DNA from: a virus | Taxonomy: Duplodnaviria; Caudoviricetes | DNA: 59,716 nt | Virus record (IMG/VR): IMGVR_UViG_3300022752_000076 | Span: 1-59,716 of that record | Reading direction: 5' to 3' (one strand) | Part shown: one piece after another, positions 35,452 through 44,739 of the stretch | How positions within the stretch are numbered: the first letter of the stretch is position 1 | Layout of the letters: every line of letters begins with the position of its first letter | Position numbers and translations under genes: made by a program | Notes under the pieces: model-generated | Seen by the model: only the letters and a program-made list of their open reading frames with translations | Told to the model about the DNA's origin: nothing | Database searches by the model: none

Positions 35452-37416
35452 ATGCAGGTAAGCACACGCGCACAGGTAATTACTCGTCGAACCTATAACA
35501 GGCCCACTAGCGACGACGGTAAACAATTTGAAACATGGGCACAAACAATCAGACGAGTACGTGATCATCAACACTGGCTGTGGGAGCGCAGCGTAGGTCG
35601 TCAGCTATACTTTAATGAAGTAGCCGAACTAGAACAGCTAGAAGAACTAATGCTAGCTAGAAAAGTATTAATGAGTGGGCGCACATTATGGCTAGGTGGT
35701 ACAGCTGTAGCACAAACTCGTGAAGCATCGCAGTTTAATTGTAGCTTTACACAGGTAGAAACAGTATATGATGTAGTTGACGTATTATGGTTGTTGCTAC
35801 AAGGTTGTGGTGTAGGGTTCAAACCCATTGTAGGTACACTTAATGGATTCTCAAAGCCAATCAAAAATATTCAAGTTGTTAAAAGCCAACGAACAGCTAA
35901 GGGCGGACTTGAACACAATGTTGAAACCTGGGATAACAACACAAAAACTTGGACAATACAAGTTGGAGACAGTGCAGAAGCCTGGGCTAAATCTATCGGC
36001 AAGCTCCTTGCTGGCAAATGGCCTGCTGATACTCTTGTGCTTGATTTTAGTCAGCTCAGACCTGCTGGGGAAAGGTTAAAAGGATATGGATGGATTAGCA
36101 GTGGTGACAGTGCTATCTCAAAAGCTTATGTTGCAATTGCCAACATACTTAATGGTAGGGCTGATAGCCTTCTCACTAGGATGGATATTCTGGATATTGT
36201 TAACCATCTCGGAACGATCTTGTCCAGTCGTAGATCGGCTGAAATTGCTCTTTTCGACTATGGTCAACCGGAGTGGGAAGAATTTGCAATAGCTAAAAAA
36301 GATTTTTGGTTGTATGGTCGTGAGCATCGTCAGCAGTCAAATAATAGTCTTGTATTCAAAGAAAAGCCTACTAGAAGTGAATTAAAGCATATATTTAATC
36401 TTATGCAGGAGGCTGGCGGTAGTGAGCCAGGATTTATCAATGAACAAGAAGCTCTTAGACGTGCTCCGTGGTTTAAAGGAGCGAATCCCTGTGTCGAAAT
36501 CTTATTGGGAAACAAAAGCTTCTGTAACCTTACAGAAACGGACATCTCCAAGTTTAAAGGTGATACTGCCGGATTACATGATGCGATCAGACTCGCTGCC
36601 AGGGCAAATTATCGTCAGACCTGTGTTAATCTTAAAGACGGGATCTTACAAGAAGCGTGGCACCTTAACAACTATTTCCTACGTCTCTGCGGGGTTGGTT
36701 TAACAGGTATTGCAATGCGTCCAGATATGAATAGCTATGACTATGAATATCTTAAACGCACGGCAACTAGTGCAGCTATTAGCATGGCGGATGAATTAGG
36801 CCTACCACGTCCTAAAAATGTTACCTGCGTTAAGCCGTCTGGAACATTATCAAAGATCATGGACTGTACAGAAGGCGTGCACAAGCCACTAGGCAAATAC
36901 ATTTTCAATAATGTGCAATTTAGTACTTATGATCCTGTTATTCCACTAATGCGTGAAGCAGGCTATAAAGTAATGAATCATCCAACTGATCCTACTGGCG
37001 TTCTAGTAACATTCCCAGTAGAATGGAAAGATGTACCATTTCATAAGGAAAACGGCAAAGAAGTTAATCTTGAAAGTGCAGTGCATCAACTAGAGCGGTA
37101 CAAAATGTTACAAACTAGTTGGACGCAACAAAATACATCGGTAACTATTAGTTATGACACTAGTGAGGTTAATGATATTATAGATTGGTTGTTGAATAAC
37201 TGGGACTGTTATGTAGGTGTTAGTTTCATCTATAGAACTGATCCAACTAAAACAGCTAAAGATTTAGGGTATTTATACCTACCTCAAGAAGTTGTAGATG
37301 AGTACACGTTTAAACACTATGTACAAGACCTAAAACCTGTTAGTTTAGAAAACGCTAATAGTTTTGACGAATTGTTAGATGATGAGTGCGTTAGCGGAGT
37401 TTGTCCCGTTAAATAA
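35452..37416 (+). CDS. nrdJ: class II (adenosylcobalamin-dependent) ribonucleotide reductase
   Basis: FNCS, GCGVG, NPCVEI, FCNL, KPSGT, C-terminal CVSGVCP; no nrdB nearby. Confidence 0.88.
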   Translation: MQVSTRAQVITRRTYNRPTSDDGKQFETWAQTIRRVRDHQHWLWERSVGRQLYFNEVAELEQLEELMLARKVLMSGRTLWLGGTAVAQTREASQFNCSFTQVETVYDVVDVLWLLLQGCGVGFKPIVGTLNGFSKPIKNIQVVKSQRTAKGGLEHNVETWDNNTKTWTIQVGDSAEAWAKSIGKLLAGKWPADTLVLDFSQLRPAGERLKGYGWISSGDSAISKAYVAIANILNGRADSLLTRMDILDIVNHLGTILSSRRSAEIALFDYGQPEWEEFAIAKKDFWLYGREHRQQSNNSLVFKEKPTRSELKHIFNLMQEAGGSEPGFINEQEALRRAPWFKGANPCVEILLGNKSFCNLTETDISKFKGDTAGLHDAIRLAARANYRQTCVNLKDGILQEAWHLNNYFLRLCGVGLTGIAMRPDMNSYDYEYLKRTATSAAISMADELGLPRPKNVTCVKPSGTLSKIMDCTEGVHKPLGKYIFNNVQFSTYDPVIPLMREAGYKVMNHPTDPTGVLVTFPVEWKDVPFHKENGKEVNLESAVHQLERYKMLQTSWTQQNTSVTISYDTSEVNDIIDWLLNNWDCYVGVSFIYRTDPTKTAKDLGYLYLPQEVVDEYTFKHYVQDLKPVSLENANSFDELLDDECVSGVCPVK

Positions 37417-37451
37417 AAAAAGCCCAGTAGATTGCTCTACTGGGCTTTTTT
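37415..37451. terminator. bidirectional terminator between convergent blocks
   Basis: A run-GCCCAGTAGA-TTGC-TCTACTGGGC-T run. Confidence 0.9.
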
Positions 37452-37454
37452 CTT

Positions 37455-38090
37455 TTATAGTGGTGTATCTAAAGTACTATCTTCATTATCTACGTTATTA
37501 GGATCATGTATGTTGTCTAGTTCATGAAATATTGTAATTAGTATATCTCGATAAGGCTGCTCTACACGATGTAAGTCTAGTAGATAAATATCTAGGTGAT
37601 CATTGCGTAATAATTCTGCATGATACATGAATTGACCAAAAGCTTCTAGATCTTCGCTAATATTTTGATTAGCATAATCTTCTATTGTTTGAGCAGCCAT
37701 TAATCGTAATGGTTTGCTAAGCATGCCTTTTTCTGTAAGTTTTATTAGTTGTAACGCTTTACCCTCACGCTCTCGCATAATTTGATCGCGTTTAGCACTA
37801 CTCCAACTATATCCACCGTCGCCGCCCCAAAGATCCCATGCTACTCTACCTTTACTAGGGAAACCTTCTTCACCACTGTTAAATCCTGTAGCGCGTTTAT
37901 CTACTTCATGACGACTAAAAAAGCTGTACATGCGTAGTACTACACTTGCTGATAGTGGTTCGCGGTCTTTTAACTGATTGGCTCTGGCTAAGCCAACAAG
38001 TGTGCCCCCAGGTTTGCCTTCATCTTTCCACTTAAGTGCTCTGCGTGCGGCACTAGCCATGCCACTTGTTGGTTTGTATGTCTTAGCCAT
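37455..38090 (-). CDS. conserved phage protein (domain often linked to head genes)
   Basis: GGT.VG.ARANQL...RMYSFFSRH...GRVAW.LWGGD.G motif. Confidence 0.75.
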   Translation of the reverse strand: MAKTYKPTSGMASAARRALKWKDEGKPGGTLVGLARANQLKDREPLSASVVLRMYSFFSRHEVDKRATGFNSGEEGFPSKGRVAWDLWGGDGGYSWSSAKRDQIMREREGKALQLIKLTEKGMLSKPLRLMAAQTIEDYANQNISEDLEAFGQFMYHAELLRNDHLDIYLLDLHRVEQPYRDILITIFHELDNIHDPNNVDNEDSTLDTPL

Positions 38091-38098
38091 TACTATTC

Positions 38099-38782
38099 CT
38101 ATTTATATGCTAAAATTATTTGTTTACATAGTTTGCTACGTACAATATCTTCATCACGAAATCTAACAACTTCAATGCCTTCTATACGCTCAAGTCTAGT
38201 TGTTGCGTCTAGGAGTCCACTGTTGCTAATATCGCTTTGATCTTGGTCGCCACTAATTATTATTTTACAGTTTTTACCAATGCGTGACAAGATCATTTTC
38301 ATTTCATCCCTAGTAGCATTTTGTGCTTCGTCAAGTAAAACTATACAATCATCAAATGTAGTTCCACGCATAAATCCTAATGGTTTAGGTTCTATTTGTT
38401 TTTTATTTAGTGCATATTCATAAAACCCACGACCTAGGCTATTAGTAAAGATTTGGTCAAATGGTTCTAAATAAGGAGCATATTTTTCTTCTAGTGTGCC
38501 TGGTAGAAAACCGAGTCCGCGACCAGTTTCTACATTAGGTCTTGTTAGTATAATCTTTTTAACGCGGCGATGAAATAATTCACCTGCTGCGTATGTTGCT
38601 GCTATATAGGTTTTACCAGTGCCTGCGCTACCTATACCAAAGATTATACTGTTTTCATGTATGGCCCTTAAATATTCTTCTTGAATGTAATTTAGTGGTT
38701 TTACATTTTCAAAGCCTATTTCCAGGGGAACAACATTGTCACGTTGTACGCTGCGTAATTTTTTAGCACTGCTCTTGGCCAT
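38099..38782 (-). CDS. phoH: PhoH-family ATPase
   Basis: GSAGTGKT, LGFLPG.LEEK, FMRG.TF, DEAQN, GD..QSD, DIVRS. Confidence 0.96.
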   Translation of the reverse strand: MAKSSAKKLRSVQRDNVVPLEIGFENVKPLNYIQEEYLRAIHENSIIFGIGSAGTGKTYIAATYAAGELFHRRVKKIILTRPNVETGRGLGFLPGTLEEKYAPYLEPFDQIFTNSLGRGFYEYALNKKQIEPKPLGFMRGTTFDDCIVLLDEAQNATRDEMKMILSRIGKNCKIIISGDQDQSDISNSGLLDATTRLERIEGIEVVRFRDEDIVRSKLCKQIILAYK

Positions 38783-38804
38783 ATTATATTCCTAGTAGTT
38801 AAAG

Positions 38805-39053
38805 TTACTTCTTTTCCGGTACTTTGTGACCATCCAATTTTTCGTGTACTTTAACTTCCTTACAAACTTGCTCTGGCTTACCATCTTTGCCAATAACAGG
38901 CTTACCATCTTTTACTTTATCAATACAAGCTTTTTCCTTTTTAGCTGGAGCTTTTTCTTCTTTTTTAGCTGGTTCATCCTTTTTTGCATCTGCTGCATAT
39001 ACTGATCCTGCTAAAAATACTGAAGTTAAAAGTGCTAATAGAATTTTAGTCAT
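38805..39053 (-). CDS. small secreted protein
   Basis: Signal peptide ending VYA; Lys-rich; Cys pair. Confidence 0.75.
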   Translation of the reverse strand: MTKILLALLTSVFLAGSVYAADAKKDEPAKKEEKAPAKKEKACIDKVKDGKPVIGKDGKPEQVCKEVKVHEKLDGHKVPEKK

Positions 39054-39064
39054 ATAGGTTCCTA

Positions 39065-39511
39065 TTATAGTTCTGGAAATGGTTGTTGTGGAGGCGCTGC
39101 TTTGCCACCAAAACCAACAGTTACTTGATTACCACCAGTTGATGGACCTATACTAACACTGCCATTACTGCCTAAGGTAACTGTTGGCATAGGTGTTGGG
39201 CTTGGTGGTTTATCCCAACCTTTATTTGCAGCTTTAAGTGCTTCACGCTGCCCTTCTTTATCACCACTAGCTAACATAATACCACTAAGTGTGCCTGTTA
39301 AAAAAGTAGCAATAGGAATAATTAATTCAAAAAATTTATTATCTACAGGACTCATACCGTTCATAGGTTGAGTAACAAATATTAAGCTGTAGAGAACAAC
39401 AAATACAATACCAAACAGTGTTAGTGCTAATATCATACCAATAAAAAACTTAAGCCTAGCCATTAACTCATCTTCAGTATAGCGCGGGCCTTCCCATAGG
39501 TCTTTAATCAT
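39065..39511 (-). CDS. two-TM membrane protein (possible holin-like)
   Basis: Two TM helices (FIGMILALTLFGIVFVVLYSLIF; IIPIATFLTGTLSGIML) and Pro-rich tail. Confidence 0.7.
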   Translation of the reverse strand: MIKDLWEGPRYTEDELMARLKFFIGMILALTLFGIVFVVLYSLIFVTQPMNGMSPVDNKFFELIIPIATFLTGTLSGIMLASGDKEGQREALKAANKGWDKPPSPTPMPTVTLGSNGSVSIGPSTGGNQVTVGFGGKAAPPQQPFPEL

Positions 39512-39723
39512 CTACAATCCTTTTGAGTTTGAACTGGCAGGGACTTATTAGAGTTATTTACTCTGTCTTTTTCATATGGTGTTAAATCTTCGGGGCAAGT
39601 GCCATTTGCACTGCAATATGGTCGTTTACAAACTTTGTGATCCCAATTATCTGGATTCTGACAAGGATACCTATACATATCACTACAACCGGATAATAGT
39701 ATAGTTAGTAATAATATTCGCAT
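39508..39723 (-). CDS. lipoprotein
   Basis: Lipobox LSGC; RYPCQNP.NW....C..P.C...GTCP. Confidence 0.78.
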   Translation of the reverse strand: MRILLLTILLSGCSDMYRYPCQNPDNWDHKVCKRPYCSANGTCPEDLTPYEKDRVNNSNKSLPVQTQKDCR

Positions 39724-39730
39724 TAGTCAC

Positions 39731-40387
39731 CTACTTATTAGCTAGCGGATTATCAAGTGCCCGTTTAAGATCTTCTGCTAATTTCTTGTCCAAGGCTTTT
39801 AATTTACTATCTACTTCTCTATCTTGAGCACGAAGTTGTTGCTCAGTATTTCTAATTGCTGCACTAACGTCTTTATTTAGTTGTGTACTGGCACTGTCAA
39901 CTTGTTTTTGTGCTGCACGTATTTCAGTTTTAGCCTCTGCTACAGCCTTATCTACATCACGACTAATTTGTTTATTACTGCGCTCTACTTCTTCTACTAC
40001 TTTTTCTAGCCTGCGTATATCACCTTTAAGATCATTTTTAATATCACGAGTATATTCAGCAGTTTTATCACTACCTTCTTGAACAGCTTGAGCAGTTTTT
40101 GTAGCATTTTCTTCAATAACTGCTAGCCGCTTATCAAATTCACTAAAGTCTGGGCTTACATATTCGGCAATTTTTTTCTTCATGCCCATATAATCTTTGT
40201 AAACTTCAAATACACCATATAATCCGCCTAAAGTACTACTAACTATTGTAGCAGCGACCATTAGTTTAGCAGGAGTAAAATCATAGCCGCCTATACTAAT
40301 AACAGTATCTTTGCTAGCATATTTTTTAGCAGCAGCTTCTAGGTCATCAACCTTTTTGTCTAAGTTTACCTTTTCATCACTCATCAT
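39731..40387 (-). CDS. membrane-anchored coiled-coil protein
   Basis: One TM near N-terminus; amphipathic helices; ALDNPL C-terminus. Confidence 0.78.
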   Translation of the reverse strand: MMSDEKVNLDKKVDDLEAAAKKYASKDTVISIGGYDFTPAKLMVAATIVSSTLGGLYGVFEVYKDYMGMKKKIAEYVSPDFSEFDKRLAVIEENATKTAQAVQEGSDKTAEYTRDIKNDLKGDIRRLEKVVEEVERSNKQISRDVDKAVAEAKTEIRAAQKQVDSASTQLNKDVSAAIRNTEQQLRAQDREVDSKLKALDKKLAEDLKRALDNPLANK

Positions 40388-40481
40388 CTTTTTCCTTAAA
40401 TGAAGTTGCTAGTATCCATAAACCAAATATAAATAAAATTACATGTAATAATGCTGTATAGTTTGTATTAACTATTTCCAT
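40377..40481 (-). CDS. single-TM microprotein (34 aa)
   Basis: GAGG SD; MEIVNTNYTALLHVILFIFGLWILATSFKEKDDE. Confidence 0.55.
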   Translation of the reverse strand: MEIVNTNYTALLHVILFIFGLWILATSFKEKDDE

Positions 40482-40482
40482 A

Positions 40483-42210
40483 TTACCTCTTATATTGTTG
40501 ATCAATCATTTGTTGATGCACGCTATCACTACTAAGTTGTCTCAGTACTCTGGAGTTATCAACTATTCGTTGATTTCTGTAAACCTCTTTAACGGGGTAA
40601 AATGAAGCATCTTGTAATACAAAATTTAAGTATTGGTTATATCCAGTAGGAGCAGTAGCCAGTTGAGTTAATGGTATACCTGTTGCTAATTCATTATCAG
40701 TAGTATTAGATTTTATTTGTTGTGTTGTTTGTTTAGTTTCGGTTTCATTAAGTTGAGGTTTTGAGTCAACAATTTGGTTAATTGGGTCTGCCTTATTAGT
40801 TAAAAAATTTTGTTGTTGTGTGGGTACTTCTGTAGTTTGATTAGCAAGTGGATTTATTAGTGCTAATTGATTACCTGGACTAGTATTTTGAGTACTAGTT
40901 TGCTGAATTTGTTGAAAATTAGGTATTATAGTATTTATTGTTTGCTGTACACTTGTAACTTGTTGTAAGCTATTTGTACTAGTACTAGAACTATTAGTTT
41001 TTGGTAGTTCAATTAGTTGAACAGAGTTTATTTGAGTAGATTCTACTACGCCAGGTAGTTGTAGTAGATTAATTTGTTGGTTAGTATTTAATTGAAATAA
41101 ATTTTGTTGATTAATGCTACTACTTTGAAATAATGATAAAGATTGTTCAGTTTTATTTTCTTTTTGTTTAACTTCTGCTTGTAACTGCTGTTGTTGAACT
41201 ATATTCAAATCAAAACTTTGTCTAATACTTCTATTAGCAATTTGCTCGGCTTGACGTAATACTTGCTGACTAACTTTATCAGTCTCATTAATAGCCGTAT
41301 TTGCTACATCTGTTGCTATTGATTGCTCTCGCTGTTGGTTGTCTTGTATTTTAAATAATGTATCAAGTAATCTATCAATGCCATCAAAAGCATATTGCTC
41401 CTCTAACTCTGTATTTCTACCTTCTTGCAAATTTTCTTCAATATATTTTATTGGTTTATTTCCACCACTACTTTGATCACTAGTATAGTCTATATTAGTT
41501 GGCTTAATAGTTGAATTGTCTACTGTATAACTTTCAGAATTTTTTGCTAGCGTTTCCTGAAATTTAGGGCATTCAGGGCTGTACAGTGGATTATTAACAC
41601 AAGGATCTGGTTTATATCGTAGTCTAAAATTAACATTTGTTATTTCTGGACCATAAGGTCCCGTCCAATAGTTATTATCTTTACCACTAAATCCAAATAA
41701 TACATTAGCTAAATCATCCGGTCTACGTCCTTTACTCCAATCTTGCGACCAAGTAAAATCAGTCCAATCGTGTAAAAAATTAAGATTATAACCAAAGTTT
41801 TCTATCCACTTACCGCTTTTAGTATACCCTTGTACATATGCACTTAATTGATCTAAGCTGCCGTTATCCCAACCATTTCCATTTTTACTACGCCAACTAA
41901 ATGTAAATCCAGTAGTAATAAGGCCGCTACCATTATTGGGTAGAGCCTTACTTACATTTACTATCTGATACAATTCAGTATAATTATAGCTAAAATTTAT
42001 ATTACCATCAGGTCGTAGATACGGAGTGCCAGGACTACAATTTGGATCTCCACCTTTCCAACACTCTAAACTGTTAACAAATTTGGCATTTTGCCAAGTA
42101 GATGTTATAGTTGTTGCAGTTGTAGTATTATTTACTAAGTTACCCGTAATGTCTATAGTTTGGGCTGTAGCGGTATTAAATAACAATAGTAGTATAGCCA
42201 GCCATTTCAT
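40483..42210 (-). CDS. secreted protein: aromatic beta-rich N-domain plus Gln/Asn-rich C-region
   Basis: Signal peptide ending ATA; W/Y-rich domain, DPC..NPLYSP.CP; HQQMIDQQY end. Confidence 0.8.
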   Translation of the reverse strand: MKWLAILLLLFNTATAQTIDITGNLVNNTTTATTITSTWQNAKFVNSLECWKGGDPNCSPGTPYLRPDGNINFSYNYTELYQIVNVSKALPNNGSGLITTGFTFSWRSKNGNGWDNGSLDQLSAYVQGYTKSGKWIENFGYNLNFLHDWTDFTWSQDWSKGRRPDDLANVLFGFSGKDNNYWTGPYGPEITNVNFRLRYKPDPCVNNPLYSPECPKFQETLAKNSESYTVDNSTIKPTNIDYTSDQSSGGNKPIKYIEENLQEGRNTELEEQYAFDGIDRLLDTLFKIQDNQQREQSIATDVANTAINETDKVSQQVLRQAEQIANRSIRQSFDLNIVQQQQLQAEVKQKENKTEQSLSLFQSSSINQQNLFQLNTNQQINLLQLPGVVESTQINSVQLIELPKTNSSSTSTNSLQQVTSVQQTINTIIPNFQQIQQTSTQNTSPGNQLALINPLANQTTEVPTQQQNFLTNKADPINQIVDSKPQLNETETKQTTQQIKSNTTDNELATGIPLTQLATAPTGYNQYLNFVLQDASFYPVKEVYRNQRIVDNSRVLRQLSSDSVHQQMIDQQYKR

Positions 42211-43433
42211 CTAAACCAACCTACTGGTTTAACTGTAGTAGGAACTTCGGCTATAGTCTTGTAATCATATTGAGGTATTTTTTGCGGATTAGACGCCCAC
42301 AATTCTTTAGCCTGTTCGCCTATTTTACCTTCATATGGGCAAGGCGTACCAGCAGCTAGCATAGCTTCAAAAATTCTGCGATCCTGACACATAGTAGCTA
42401 CAGCAGCTACCTTCATTCCCATGTCATAAAGAGTTTTACTTAGTTTTAGTCGTTCGCAGTTTAGATCACGCTGTGTTCCACCAAGTGCCATACCTAAAAA
42501 TTGTGTTTGAACGGCCCCACTACTACCAGTTGTACAAAGATCTGCTCCTCCGCCACTCATCATTGCTGGCGCTATTGCTGTAGGAGGTGGCTGTATAACT
42601 CGCTGAGTAATACTAGTTTCGTTAATATTACGATTAGTCATGTCGCCGGTTTGTACATTTTGATTTACGCTGGTACTAGTATTAACATTATTATTTTGAT
42701 TATTACTAGCAGTTATATTAGTATTAATATTACGATTAGTCATGTCGCCAGTTTGTACATTGTTTACTGTGCTATTACTAGTTGTATTATTATTATTGTT
42801 ATATGTCATAGTGCCAGTATTAATATTATTATTTGTATTTACGCTGTTGGTATTATTATTAAATGTTTGTGTACCACTATTAATATTTTCATTTCTAGTA
42901 GTTGTAGTATTAACATTATTATTATTGTATGTCATAGTGCCACTATTAACATTATTATTATTATATGTCATAGTACCACTATTAATATTATTATTGGTAT
43001 TAACGCTAGTAGTATTATTGTTATTATTGTAGGTAACGCTACCACTCATATTGTTGTTATTGTTATAAGTAACGGCTCCACTCATGTTATTGTTGTTATT
43101 ATACGTAACACTGCCACTCATACGATTATCATTAATATTAGTAGCTGTACCACTTTGTATATTGTTATTTGTATTAACATTAGTGCTGGTACTAACATTA
43201 TTATTAGTATTAATGTTATTGCTATTTACAGTACTAGTACTGGTAGCTGTGCTTGTGCTTGTGCTTGTATTATTTGTTGTCACAGTACTGGTGCTAGCAC
43301 TAGTACTATTAGTATCTACTAAGCTACGACCACCATCATAATTGCCTTGGTCAATTAATGGAGGATTTGTTTGAGCTATAGTTGCCGATACTAAGCTGAT
43401 TAAAGTTATTATAAAGGCTAATACTCTTTTCAT
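42207..43433 (-). CDS. secreted Asn-rich repeat protein with Cys-containing C-domain
   Basis: Signal peptide; 12-aa SG(S/T/A)(V/M)TYNNNN repeats; PPPTAIAP..DLC...NCERLKL...MCQD...GTPCP. Confidence 0.85.
   Translation of the reverse strand: MKRVLAFIITLISLVSATIAQTNPPLIDQGNYDGGRSLVDTNSTSASTSTVTTNNTSTSTSTATSTSTVNSNNINTNNNVSTSTNVNTNNNIQSGTATNINDNRMSGSVTYNNNNNMSGAVTYNNNNNMSGSVTYNNNNNTTSVNTNNNINSGTMTYNNNNVNSGTMTYNNNNVNTTTTRNENINSGTQTFNNNTNSVNTNNNINTGTMTYNNNNNTTSNSTVNNVQTGDMTNRNINTNITASNNQNNNVNTSTSVNQNVQTGDMTNRNINETSITQRVIQPPPTAIAPAMMSGGGADLCTTGSSGAVQTQFLGMALGGTQRDLNCERLKLSKTLYDMGMKVAAVATMCQDRRIFEAMLAAGTPCPYEGKIGEQAKELWASNPQKIPQYDYKTIAEVPTTVKPVGWFR
42620..43200 (-). repeat. degenerate ~36-nt coding repeats (Asn-rich)
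   Basis: Recurring (G/C)TCATAGT(G/A)CCACTATTAA and TTATTATTG tracts. Confidence 0.75.
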
Positions 43434-43453
43434 ATTAGTCTCCTTAGACTATT

Positions 43454-44068
43454 TTAGTGGCCTAGTATATGTAAGCAATGCTCGTAGTGCTTTTTCCTAT
43501 CTTCTAAGCCGATTGTTCCGCCATTAATGCGTTTTGTAAGTGTGAGTATGTCACGCTTGTCTGCCCATTGATTTAAATTGTTACTTTCCCAAAACCAGCA
43601 GGCGCTTTGTGCAGCACCTTCAAAGGTTTCCATATATTCTGATGCTTCTTCAGGACTAATCTGCAAACTAGCAGCAAACCAGCTATAGTTTTCTCGACCA
43701 GTTACTTGTATAAGTCCACGCCCGCAAAATCGCCAACCATCGCCCGACTCTTCAGGCCCATTGCCCATGCGGTTAGCATAAACACGATTAGCAATTTTTT
43801 GTGGTTGTTTTTCATATTGCTGCGCCAATGCATCCGTGGGAAAATACTTGGGAAAAACTTTACGCAAGCTTGCCCACTTGTAGTTTAAATTTTCTTTAAT
43901 AAAAACAAAACCACCTGACTCATGTGCACATTGTGCTAAAAACGCTGCTATACGTTCCGCAGTATTAATTTCATATTGAGGTAGTAGTTGCGCTAGTGCA
44001 TCGTGCCAATAGCTAACATATTGATTTTTTGGTATAACTTGTTTTAATTGATCTAGTGTTAATTCCAC
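43454..44068 (-). CDS. endolysin, glycoside hydrolase family 19
   Basis: AAFLAQCAHES, ENLNY, GRGLIQVTGR.NY, SACWFW, TKRINGG. Confidence 0.93.
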   Translation of the reverse strand: MELTLDQLKQVIPKNQYVSYWHDALAQLLPQYEINTAERIAAFLAQCAHESGGFVFIKENLNYKWASLRKVFPKYFPTDALAQQYEKQPQKIANRVYANRMGNGPEESGDGWRFCGRGLIQVTGRENYSWFAASLQISPEEASEYMETFEGAAQSACWFWESNNLNQWADKRDILTLTKRINGGTIGLEDRKKHYEHCLHILGH

Positions 44069-44070
44069 TA

Positions 44071-44328
44071 CTACTCCTTATTAAAAATTCGTTGCTGTGT
44101 TGTATACCACTCTATCCAAGCACTATTATTTCCACTACATATATAATACTCTATGTAGTTTTCTACAACTATTTTAGTTAATTCGCTTAGCTGTACACCA
44201 CTGGGAGCAGTTTTTAATGGCTTGCAATGTTCAAGCAGTGGCTTAGGTGCTTGTGGAAATTGTTGCTTAACAGGCACAGTAGTAGAACAACTTGATAATA
44301 ATAAAACTAATATTAAAAAGTATTTCAT
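44071..44328 (-). CDS. o-spanin (Rz1-like lipoprotein)
   Basis: Lipobox LSSC, Pro-rich, follows i-spanin. Confidence 0.8.
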   Translation of the reverse strand: MKYFLILVLLLSSCSTTVPVKQQFPQAPKPLLEHCKPLKTAPSGVQLSELTKIVVENYIEYYICSGNNSAWIEWYTTQQRIFNKE

Positions 44329-44735
44329 TGTTTTGCTGCCTTATTATGTGCTTCTACTACTGGTTCTGGTATTTTGCAATTTTCATCGTACTTGACAACT
44401 TCGCGATCTACATATTTAATTACTTCACTTCCTTGCAGTCTAACAAGCTCACGCTTAGTAACCACTTTTTCCACGATTTTAGTATTTTCTTTAGCACTTT
44501 CTGCTTGTGCCACTGCTAGTTGCTGTTCAACTTCTTTAACTTTTGCTAACCAATAATTATTATTCCAGTTTGCTCCTGTTAAAAATAAACTAATTACAAG
44601 TAGCACAACGCTAGCATAGTGCAGTAGTTGTACTTGTGGTAAGTTACGAATAAATTTAGTAGCAATAAATACTATAAGACTTAATGCCGCTAAACTAGGA
44701 AATAGCCAATCGGGTAAGAATTGAAGTAAAAACAT
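44325..44735 (-). CDS. i-spanin (Rz-like)
   Basis: N-terminal TMs, coiled coil, C-terminal C.IP....AHN. Confidence 0.78.
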   Translation of the reverse strand: MFLLQFLPDWLFPSLAALSLIVFIATKFIRNLPQVQLLHYASVVLLVISLFLTGANWNNNYWLAKVKEVEQQLAVAQAESAKENTKIVEKVVTKRELVRLQGSEVIKYVDREVVKYDENCKIPEPVVEAHNKAAKQ

Positions 44736-44739
44736 AATA

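Noticed and set aside
25371-37416. Inteins in polymerase, helicases or RNR
   Set aside because: Protein lengths are ordinary and no C...HN(C/S/T) splice-junction insertions are evident
42501-43341. Long + strand ORFs rich in Leu/Val/Ile
   Set aside because: Antisense shadows of the Asn/Thr repeat gene; no SD, low complexity
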